Shown: positions 47,014-58,063 of the stretch, one piece after another
How positions within the stretch are numbered: the stretch's first letter is position 1
Layout: every line of letters begins with the position of its first letter
Assembly: GCF_009914755.1 (NCBI RefSeq)
Contig: NC_060925.1
From: the human T2T-CHM13v2.0 reference genome, Homo sapiens
Direction: 5' to 3' (one strand)
Length of the DNA: 64,000 nt
Program-made: the position numbers and the translations under genes
The notes under the pieces: generated by a model
Told to the model about the DNA's origin: nothing
Seen by the model: the letters and a program-made list of their open reading frames with translations, nothing else
Database searches by the model: none

Positions 47014-47068
47014 TCTCTCTCTCTCTCCCTCTCGCTCCCTCTCACTCTCTCTCCGCTCACACACACGC
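47014..47068. repeat. (CT)n/(CA)n simple repeat within CpG island
   Basis: ctctctctctctccctctcgctccct...cacacacac. Confidence 0.7.
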
Positions 47069-47589
47069 AGAGGTGCTGGGGCGAAATCGGGAGCTTACCA
47101 GAGAATTCCTTGGGATTGTTGGGGGGCATCTCCCCTCCGCTGCTGTGTGTGGCGTGGCTCTTCCCGGCTACTCCTTGCTTCCCCGAGCCCGAGTCTGCGC
47201 CGCCAGCCTTCCTTGGGGCAGCGGCCACCGCTCAGCCCCGGCCGGGAGATCCGAAATGTGAGGAGGGGTCGCCGCCGCCTCCCGCCCCAGGCCGCAGGGT
47301 CGGCGCGAGGGATGCTATTCCGGCCGGGCGCTCGGGGGGCTGAGGGGCTTCGCCTGACAAACTGAGTTGGCCTCGCGCCCCCGGCGCCCTCCCGCCCGTC
47401 GCTTCGAAGGGACTCCCAAGTCTGCGCACCTCTGTCAGGCTTTTGCTTCCACCACCCCTTTCGCTCTGATTCCCGATTTTTTTTTCCTAAGGGAGCGTGC
47501 GGTCTGGGGGTGTGTGCGTGTGTGTGAAAGACCTCTCTCGAAGAGCGGCGTGTGGGAAACTGCGGGAAAATGTTGACTTAACCCCAGGA

Positions 47590-47831
47590 GCCGCCCGGCG
47601 CTGGCTGCTCGGCTGGAGGCGGCGGCGGCCGAGCAGGAGGACGCGCCGAGCTGCAGCGCCGTGTCCGGCCGGGGAGCTGCGGCGCTGCCTCCCGCGCGGA
47701 CTCGGCGGCCGAGGACCCGCTCGCGGCCGGCCTCGGCCCTCTCCGGCCGGGGTAGCCGCTGCCCTCCGCGCCTGTCCCCGCGCGGCCCCCACGCCAGACG
47801 GCCCTCCCTCGGGGCGCGCTCGCAGACGGAG
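47590..47831 (+). other. ADGRL2: Candidate alternative first exon C (5'UTR); start approximate
   Basis: Very CpG-dense, ATG-free segment ending at donor GAG|gtaaga (47832-47837). Confidence 0.5.
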
Positions 47832-48199
47832 GTAAGAGCCGCAGGAGCGAACAATGTGTCTCTGTGCCCAGCTTCGGAGACCTGTTTGCTTTGCGCCTCC
47901 AGTCCGGGGGTGGATGCTGGAGGCGCAGGGAGCCGCGGGTTAATGGGGCTCGGCTGTTGCTGTTCGGCTGGCCCAGGGGGAGACCCGCGCTCGCTCGGGC
48001 TGCTCGCTCCCTCCCCCCAATCTCCTCTTGGAAATCGATCCGCAGAACTCTCAGTCCGGTCCAGCCGGCTTCTCCTTTTCTCGTGGAGCCATTGTAACGC
48101 TCTCCAGGCATCAGTCTAGTTGCCGGGGGCGCTGGCAAGGGGGTTAGGATGAGGCTCCCGTAGCCATGCATTTTTTAATTTCATAAAAGCTTGGGGTCG

Positions 48200-48338
48200 C
48201 AAGGTTCCGCCCGTCCTTTCACTGGGGGCCTGGGGAGGAGGAGTGTGAAGCGCGTCCTCGGCGGAGCTTATTTGCTCCGGGCGCTGGGGCCCGGGGCCAC
48301 CCCAGCGTCCCGCCCGCTTTGCCCTCCGGTCCCGCACT
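48200..48338 (+). other. Possible further alternative first exon D; start unknown
   Basis: Donor-like ACT|gtaagt at 48339-48344 inside the CpG island; no other support. Confidence 0.25.
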
Positions 48339-51300
48339 GTAAGTGGAGCGGGGAGGCTGAGCGGCTGGAGCGAGTTCGGGGGAAGTGGACGGTGGGGGAG
48401 GGCTTGGACGAGTTTTTGAGGGTTGCTGTTCCTTCTCGTCAGTGGTTAGGTGGTGTGGGGAGGCGAGGATGACAGTAAAGCGCAGCCAGATGTGGTCGGG
48501 CCGCCGCCGGGACTGGCTACGATTGGGAGCGGCGGGGCTGCTGCTGCCAGGGCGGCCTCGTGGGTCGGGAGGGTGCAGGGGCCGGGGACCCGGCGGGCCA
48601 CGGGGAGGGCAGAGAGCCTCCCGGAGCCGCAGTGAGAGGGCAGCAGCGGGCCGCGTTGGGCCTGCGGGAGAAGTTACGGAGTGTATGCTGCTGGAGTGGC
48701 TGTGGGGCAGGGAGCCTCGGGAACTTGGTTTGTGGGATGGGGGTGCCACTGGGGAGTGGCGACGAGAGAAAGGCGTGGGAGGAGCGCGAGGGAAGGGGAG
48801 ACCCCCGCGCTGCCCGAGCGTGGGCTCCTTGATTGGCTGGGGCGACCCTCAGGCAGAGGGGGCGAGGGCGAGCCAAACCATGGAAGCGCCCCAGCAGTGT
48901 GGAGGTGCGCCTGCGAGACTTCTGCGCTTGGGACCCGTAAAGTTTGTTCCTTTCGCCAGACTGCGGGGTGGGGGTGAGGGGAGAATACTGGAAGCTTTAC
49001 TTAATGCTAAAGTGTCGCTGAGTGGAGGCTTTTTTTCCCCCCCTCCAATCCTCTGTTCACTCTGTGCTCTCAAAGAATAGTTGGGAGGGACAAGTCCTGC
49101 GGTATCTATCATAGCCTTTCTCTTTTTAGGGACTCCTCCTCCTCATCTTTTCTCCCTCTCCCCGCCCTCCATTCCGTTCTTCCCGATACAAACTGTTGTC
49201 TCAGATTCCGACCGAGGGAATGTTTTCCTCCTGTTTCTTGAAAGGTGTCAGGCTGCTTAGCAGCTTCTCCCAAGCAGCCTGGGAGCGTCTGAGCTGCAGC
49301 TACCAACCATATGGTTCCCGTTACAAAGGCCAGGTTCTAAGGCACTCTCTTCCCCACCCCGCCCTCAATTCTTTGATTTTATTCTGCATTCTTTCAGTAC
49401 GTGCACTTCTCTTCCCCTTTCCAGAGGCATAGATTTAACGGACGTAGTTGATTCATTCATTTCTCTGTCACTATTTATGTGTGGAACGGGTCCCACCGAG
49501 TTTGCTCTTTGCTCAACGAAGTTGCACAATGAAGAAAGTCACATCCTTTGGTAAATAATTACCTGTTAGGTTGTCTCTTGCTAAGTCAGGTTTGATCTTG
49601 GGCAAACCTTAGAAAATAGGCACTAAAGAGGCAATATGCATCCAGAGCAGAAAAATAGAATAGTTTTGGTACTCATCTGTGGCAACATTCCAACTTGTGA
49701 TGGGACTGTTTTGACCTAACTAAGGGTACTTTGTAACTTTAAATTTTGTATCTTCGTAATACTTGAGAAACCCTTTAAAAGAAAATTTACTTCTGTCCAG
49801 GTGTGTTATGGAACGTTTTGTTGTCTCTCCCTCCACCCTTCCATAAATTTATGCATAATAGAAAGAATACTACAGAACAAATGTTCTGTTGTTTAGTTTC
49901 TTCAGACATTCCGATTCTCTCCTTTTGTTGTTTGCCTCTAAAAGAGGTGCCATTTCACATCATTCTGCACAAATTGTTTGAATTAATGCAAGTGTGAATT
50001 CTTACCGTTTGAAGGGGACTATTAGCATATCAAAGGTTTCTTAGCTTTAGCTCAATTGAGAAAACTTCAGCCTGTCTTCCTTTTGCTTCCAAGCGGAGGC
50101 CCAAAGGGCAATGAGAATTGTAAAGGGTAAAAATAGGGAGGTGGATTCAGGCTGTGTTTCTGAACTTTTACTGTTTTGTAGTTATGTGAGCCAAAAACAT
50201 TGTCTATTGCTGTGGAGCCCTTGCAAATGGCAAGACAATTATTTTCTATTGATAAATGGTTTGTTCCTAGAAAAAGAGTGACCTTTTGTTTTATGATAGT
50301 CACTGTTGCCTGTCTTTTGGGGTCCCTTCAGTGTAAGAGAGAGTGAGAAAGCCTTTCCTTCTAACTTAATGCTTTTTTAGGAACTACACTTTGTTTTATT
50401 AGTAAAATGAAAAGGCCACTTAATTAGTTTTTAATTAGTCTCTAAAACAATAGAAATTTTGTGATTAAAAGACTCATTTGTACACGTAGGTAACTGTTTT
50501 TTATGTGCTAAATAAATAGGGAAAAAGTCAGCGGAGGATGCTGAAAATTAAAACCTCAAATGAACTTGACACAACTTCTGTTGCAAAAAGAAGCTTGGAA
50601 AAGTTTTTTTAAAGTGAAGATTCAAATTTTTGTGAATTCTATTTAAATAGATAATTCTGTTTAAATATTGTTTTGTTTCAAAATTTTTGTATCTTGTCAA
50701 ACAGTAAACTCTAGTATTCAGTTGGTTTATTTTAAAAAATATAGTTTATTTGTTCTTGCTTTTTTATGTTTACAGAGAGAACATATCTTTGAATTTCTTT
50801 TAACAATTCAATATCCATGAATGAAAAAAAGAACAAGTGCTTGGGTCATTTGGGTTAGTTATCAAGTGCAGATGGGTCAAGGGGGAACTTTTATCTTCAA
50901 TTTCTTGGGAAGAATTAGTTTTATTTATTTGACTTAAGAATTTACAAAACTTAATTCTAAGATGGAAATGAATTTCAGGGGAGACTTTTTTGGAGATGTA
51001 AGCTCATATTTTTTATAGTTTTACCTTAGATGTTTGGTTGCTTTTGAATATGAATTGATAACCTTTCATTTACTAATGTTCAAACTCCTTGCTTTTATTT
51101 TATTAATGAAAATGAATTCCAATATAACAATTTCAGAGGGGAAAAACTATCATTAATTGCCTAACATTTTTAGCTTAAGTGTAATCGGATGATCCTTTTT
51201 TTTTGGATTACAATTAGGGTTTTTTTTTCTGTGCCATTGAGATTGTATATCATTATATCCTTACCCTGAAATTATTTTATGGTAGTTTATTTATCTGATC

Positions 51301-54300
51301 CCTTCACTTGTCTAGGAAGTACTTTAGTGGTTAAAAAAAAAAAAAAAGGCCACATTGATGTAATTGCTATTATTGCACTTAAGTTGCTGTTAACTAGTCT
51401 GCTTTGAATGCAGAGTGTTATAAAGAAAACAACATTATCCTTTACAGCTATTAGTGATAATCTAAAAATTGTCTTGAAAACATTGCTCTTCACTTTATGT
51501 GAGGGTGATCTTGAATTCAGTAAATCTCTAAAGGTGCAAAATGTAGTGAAAAGAAGATTTTTCAACATTTAGATGACAAAATTGGACTACTTAGGGAAAA
51601 ATTAATGTGTTGTAGAAGCACTTCAGCTGCCATTTTCAATCACTGGGTTACTATGTGTTGGCAACAGAAAACGAATTTAGAAGTGGAGATAGCTCTGGGA
51701 GCAGGTAGTTGGGGAAATCAGAATATTGAATCATGTGGGGTAGAACAAACCAATTACTTCAAGTTTTGACTTGAGAATTTCCAATAAGTATAATTTTTTC
51801 CAGGCTTTTGACTGTCTGCTTTATTAATGGACTAACATCAAAGCAGGCAACAAAACTTCCAAATGTTATAAAAACTAATGTAAATATACAGATCTCACAT
51901 GCAGTAATACAAGTCTAAATTTAAGACAAACAGTTGGGGTTTTTACTGCTGCAATTTTCACAATCAGCAGAAACATTAACACCAGGCTTCTGGGTGTTTC
52001 CTTTTTTGAAATGAGCTAGAAGAGAGCTTTAAAACTAAGGTTTACTTAGGGTTAATCTTTATTTGATCATTATTGAAGCTTTCTGTGTTTCATTAAATTT
52101 AAAATAGCGTTTTAGTATCTTAATATAAGAATATGTGAATTGAGATTGAGATGTCATGAAGGTCAAGAGGTAACTAGAAATCTACAAACCATAGTAATAA
52201 AATGTTATTGCTTTATTTTCTATCAAAATATTTATTTGACCTCACTTTTGTGAATATTCAAATAACACTCAGTTTATTGACAGTTGTAGGTGGAATTCTA
52301 AGATGTAGGTTAAACATACTTGTACCTACCTAAAAGAAATCTGTTTTCATTTTAACAATCCATACCGCTTGCCCAATGCTGATATTTAAGAACATAGATT
52401 AAGGGTTACTTAGATTAAGAATGAAAGATAGCTTTGGAAATGGAGGAATTTAGTTTCACATAAGGTGCTATTTTTACAAAAGTTTCTTCAAAGACTGTAG
52501 CACTTTTGCCTCTTACTGTTTCACCATATCTGATTTTGAGTCTTGAAGGGAGAGATGCGCATTTGATGTCTGTCTGCTTTTCTGCAGAAAAGATTTATGT
52601 AAAAAATAAGTGCAATTATTTTTAAGGTAATATATTTTGCAAATAAAATGCATCGTTACAAAAAAATGGTTCTTCAAGATTATTTGCAAAAATGCCTAGC
52701 TAAAAACTTTTCAAATTGATAGATTTCGATGAAGCATTAAAAATAGCAAGTTTAGCTACTAAGAGCTGAAAAGGAGTTGAAGTTCTGTGAATGTTTTGGT
52801 CATATCAGTTCCTATGGATTAAATATGAGTTAATGTAACCTAAATGGATAACTTTTGTTGCTATTTTTAACAAAGATTAGAATATTTATATTTCCAAGAT
52901 AGATTAAAATCATAGGCTAGTTTACTTCTGTCTTACATAAGACTAATTATTCTATAGCCCCACCCAAATATTCATCTCTTCAAATAATTCTTGATTGAAG
53001 GTTGAAAGGTTGAAAAGTATTTAATCACTCAGATTATTGTAATTAGGCTTGATGCTGTCACAAAAATAAATTGAGACTATTCTCTAAAATCTTTTTGCTG
53101 CCTAAGATGCTCTCAAAGATTGGCCAGGTAGTGATTATATTTTTTAATGCTTTAAGAAAAAGCTTAAGGAAATAGTTTCTTTAACACAGAGATGAACAGT
53201 TAATTATTGGAATTAGGGAATTATAATCCTTGACTTAGTGTGGTAATTTCTAAAGGAGTAACAAGGGTCTGTCAACCCTAAATTTTACTCAGGACTTTAA
53301 TTTGGTATTTTGAGTGTAGTATATAGGTTTTGTTAAGCATGTTAAGTATAGAAATTTTCTTAATGTTTTGATTGTTTTGATGTAAGTATTTTTGTGTGTG
53401 TGTGTGAGTCACGGTGTCATGAGAAAAGGGAGATCCTAATCAAAAATATTTAACATTTTTTTCCTGAGATCATATATCTGCTGCACTAAGTAGGCAATAA
53501 TTTGTAGATATTTTTTGATATATTCTTATCCAACAGTTTTTTAAAAGCTTATTTTATTATTATTATTTTTTTACAAAAAACCTCCTATATTTGACAAATA
53601 AACATTATCTAAAGGAAAAAAAAAGTAGATGGAATAAAGGAACCAAGCGCTTAACATCTGCAAGTAAAGTGCAGCTTATAGCAAAATACTATTGATTGGT
53701 TTGGAAGTAGAAAGCAAGTTTAAATACAATTTGTTTAATTACAACGAAAATGCAGTTTTATGAAGTAATATAGTTTGTCTTCACAGATAATTTTATGCAT
53801 TATCTGGTAGTAAGTAAAATCCCATCACACTTATATAAGTTTGTTCAATTACCAGAATGACTAAAAGAAAAAAAATCAATTTAGGTTGAAAAACAACAGA
53901 AATTAGATTACCTTGGTTTGTAGGAACTCGCCAGCAGTGTCTACATTGCTTAATAATATCAAAAGTTACCATGTTCACAGTGTAAGGATATTGGCGCCAG
54001 TTTTGATATGCATACATTTGTTTTCTTGGTGACTTTTGTTAGATGCAGAGTTTTTTCTTTCTGCTTTTCATTTTTTGTTTTTATGAAAGCTATTGCATGA
54101 CATACGAGAAACTACTTCCACTGGCATATTCTCATTTATTTTAGAGGTTTGTTTTTAAGTAGTTGCTTTTCCATATTCCTTGGATTTATTATCAGTTGAT
54201 ATTTTAGATTAGTGAAATATCAGGTGTAATCTTAAGAATCAAAAGAAACCTACTCCATTATAAGATATAAATAGGTTATTATCAGCGACCAAAATACATT

Positions 54301-57300
54301 TTGGCAATTCTTACTACTGATTCTAGAATTACATTGAATTCTAAATCCCAAATTCCTGTGGCAATAAAGTAGCATGGGATTCATCGTAGCAGATAGCTGG
54401 GCACCTGTTTTATTACCACCTTGATTAATTCTGGCACCCAGATTTACGGAAGTGCAGGAACAAGCACAACCGCTACTCAAAGCCACCGGCTGTTTTTAGG
54501 TCATGAAGTCAACTTCCTGGAATTTCTAGGGAAAATAGTTGAAAGGGGAGGACAAATGTCACTTTAAATAGAGATGTTTAAATCAGATTTCTGCCTGAGG
54601 GTAAAGTTTAGGTCTGTTTTAGCCCAGATGTAATGTCTCCCTCTACAGAGCACAGCATTAATCACGACCTGACAAGAAAACGTATGCTGAGCAAAACGTG
54701 GCCCCTGTTGGTTTTGTCATTGATTTTTCCAATCTGTGAGGAGTACATTATAATCATTAAAATTCAGACACAGGGATTACACCTTAATCTTTGAATTTCA
54801 GTGTTGAAATTAGTTATCTTAAAAGAAGCCTATTTAAGGCTAAAAAGTCTTTGGAGGACTTTTTTTGCGGTAGATTTAGTACTTTAATAAAAACAGAAAT
54901 ATATTGTTAAAAATTGGGTAGGTTAGGCAGATGTTAACTTCCTGAAATATGTGACCAAGTCTTAATTCTGTTTTAAAATGCATTAAGTAACATTTATATA
55001 TATTTTTAAATCTGATAAAAAAAGAGATGGAGATAAAAATGAACTATTAGTTCTTGGCTATGAGAGATGGGAGAAGTTGAAAAGATGGTTAACTTTAGAC
55101 TTAGCATCAATTCAAGCACATGTTAATTTGTTAGAACAAAACCAGATACAATCCTGTCTTTTTTTCTGAATGAATAAGAAAAATCTTCAGCCATCATACT
55201 AGCGAAGAAGGATGCACCATGAGGTTCCTAATAAAAATGGGCTTAATTTTGCTATTTTCAATTGTTAGGTAGTACTTGTTAACCCCTTTCTTGGTCACAC
55301 ATATGTACATACATAAACACACATTTTATAGTCTGTTTCTCTGTATATATCAATACTTGTTGTTTATTGTTGGCTAAAAATTAGGAAGTTCAAAATGTAA
55401 AATATGTATGATTAAGATATCTCTTTTAAAACTGATTTTGAAAATGGTATGACATAAATATCTGTTTTGCTGTCAAATATATCTATATCTCCTGCCTGTG
55501 GACTGAGAAATGCTTGTACTATCCACACTTTGCCTCCTTTTATAGGTATTTTTACATCAGTCCACACCTCAAGCTAGTTATTACTCTGGATTTAGATGAC
55601 AGCATAATCTAACCTCAATTACTGTCAAAAATGGCACTTGACTGCTGGGGGTGGGTTAGGTGACCTTGTTTTGACTAATGCTTTCTCTTGAAGATGATAG
55701 TAAATAGTGTCTATTTATAGAGCGAACAAAAGAGAATTCTGTTTTCTTCATAAAGTAAGTTCTAATTCTAATCATTTATTCTTAACATTGTAAGTACTAT
55801 GACAGCAGTTCTCCATATAATGGGCAAACCATTACAAGATTTTAGATAAAATTTTTAGTTGATACAATATTTCTGTTTTATGCAGACTACGTTTACTTAA
55901 TCAGTTTTCAGCTTCAATTTACATAACAAATCATGTTTAAAATGAGTTTCCCTGTGTCTTTACTTTGAAGCAAAGTATTTCTATGTGGAATTATTACTCC
56001 TTTATTAAACTGGTACCATCCATACGGAAATTTTCTCTGCATTAAAAGCCTACCATTTTATAGTGTTTGCTACTGTGGTTATTGATTAGAAATTACAGAA
56101 CACATTTCTTATGTACCATTTTCTCCACTCATCTTTGTGTTCTTAATGTCAGGATGCTTATGGCGTATTTTAGTTCTTACAATTCCTGACTTTCCTATGG
56201 TTAAAATCTAAGACATTTTGGGAAACATTAATTTTGATAATATTCTATGCTTATGTATTTTTGTCCTAGTAATTGTACATTTTTTTTTAGTTTGATGAAG
56301 GCTTAATGTATTAAATGACAGAAGATATACTGAAGATTCGTGTACTGAAAATAATACATCTCTCCAATATTAAAGAGATGAGCATAATTCTAAAACACGT
56401 CACTTTGCCTCATATGCGTCGACAAATAAAAATTACACTAAAATTATAATGTCCTAGACATGTTCACTTTTACTAAGGACATATAACTTTTTTGCGCTTT
56501 TCAGAGTTCTCTCTGTCACAAAGAAGACAATGTTTGAATATTAGGTGCTTCCTCTTGATAGCTCAATAGATGAATAAATAGGAATGTTCTCCCACTTTGC
56601 TTTTTCTACTACAAGTGCTATGATACCCATAGCCTGCACGGAAATGACTTTTCATATTGTTACGGGTTTTAAACTAGATCTACAGCCTGAATATCTAAAA
56701 ATGTACATGAAACAAAATTTGATTACTTTTTCTTAAGCAGAAAACCCCACAAAAAACACTGCTGATTTGCTGTTGCTGTTCCTCTTACCTCATTTGTTTC
56801 ATTGGGAAAAGATATAACTGATACCTCAGTATGATATTTCTGTATGTTTTAGCATATCTTATAATTTTCCTTTGTTCAATAAGAACCTTAGTTTTAAAAA
56901 GTCACTTCTTATAAGCCTGTCAGTTCATTTCTAGGTAAGTCAAACTGGCTTTGCCTCAGATTTCCAGTCAGTATTTACATGTTATCAAGGTGATATGTTT
57001 ATGTTGGAACCGAGACATTTTAAGGGAGAGAGGGGCATCAGCGTTCTGCAGCAACACGTTTTTTATAACACGTTGCCCCCGAGACTTAGAAACTGTTCTT
57101 AACTTTCTGTTTTTTGCTCCCTTGGCAGAGATACATCACATCATATCTCTGTATACTTGTGGAAAGGAATATGGCAGAAGAGCACATTGTGTAAACAAAT
57201 CTAAAACAAATTCTGAAAACATATTACAGAAGGGTAAAGAGCATTTTGCAACCCAGATCAGTTTTTTTTTAATTGAAATGAAAATAGATTTTTCATAAAT

Positions 57301-57987
57301 ACTCTCCAGGTGTAAATTTTAGAATTATTCAGAATAAGAAGAAAATACAGTTAGCACTGCATTCATTTAAAATTGATCTTTTATCTTTGATTTTAAATTG
57401 ATCCTAAGATGCTACCTTTGTTTACTTTGTGTTCAGAAAATGAATCAGATAAATGAGCCGGGCAGCTTTTTTTTTTTGGAGTGGTCTATCATTTCAGGCT
57501 GGTGCTGTGTAAGCAAGGTAATGTTTTCTTTTTCCTTGAAATACACTGTCTGAGTATGTCTTGGGTGACTTTGTGAAAAGTTTGTGTATCCTGTCTGCTC
57601 AAGTTGCCATCTTAACCAGGATGGAGGGCAAGAATAATCATGTTGAACCACAGATTTTCAAGAGCAATTATTTTAATCAGGTAATTGGTAAGGAAGAGAG
57701 AAAAATGCTGGATAGTAGAGTAGTATTTCTATAAAATGGTGACTTGCATTTTTACTAAGGTAACTGCCCACGTTTCAAATATTTTTGCTAAACCTTGTTA
57801 TTACCTGCAGAGGGAGCTTTTATATGCGATGAAATAATCAAAGCAGTATAAATTGACATTTCCCTTTGAAAGTTATGTTTTATTAAAATATTTTTTATTT
57901 TTGTTTGAAAAAATTGTTCTAAAGAAAGTAAGGCATTTTGAGATGAGCCAAATTATAGTGCAACTTAATGTACTAAAGGCCTTGTGT

Positions 57988-58063
57988 TTATCATTTCCTT
58001 TATTCATAGATTACAAATGTGCCTTATCATTTCCTTTATTCACAGATTACAAATGTGCCTTAT
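57988..58063. repeat. 36-bp tandem duplication (2 copies, 1 mismatch)
   Basis: ttatcatttcctttattca(t/c)agattacaaatgtgcc at 57988-58023 and 58024-58059. Confidence 0.92.

Larger units (their letters stand above)
45915..49100. promoter_or_regulatory. ADGRL2: CpG island / multi-TSS promoter region
   Basis: Abrupt change from AT-rich, CpG-depleted DNA to GC-rich, CpG-dense DNA (GCGCGC and GGCGGC runs) over about 3.2 kb, with several 5' splice sites. Confidence 0.95.

Noticed and set aside
47575-47587. CTTAAC...CAG resembling a U12-type branch point and acceptor
   Set aside because: The branch motif is too close to the AG, and no U12-type donor was seen upstream.
46295-49112. Long overlapping ORFs on both strands, including 231 aa at 48385-49080 and 197 aa at 47578-48171
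   Set aside because: Expected from stop-codon depletion in a GC-rich island; G/R/P/A-biased, no recognisable domain, and several start at non-ATG codons.
55266-55282. ttaggtagtacttgtt resembling let-7/miR-196 5' ends
   Set aside because: Only a partial match, and no complementary arm to form a pre-miRNA hairpin.
56741-56940. Possible cryptic exon (ttaagcag acceptor ... TAG|gtaagt donor)
   Set aside because: Such splice-site pairs are frequent by chance in long introns; no independent support.
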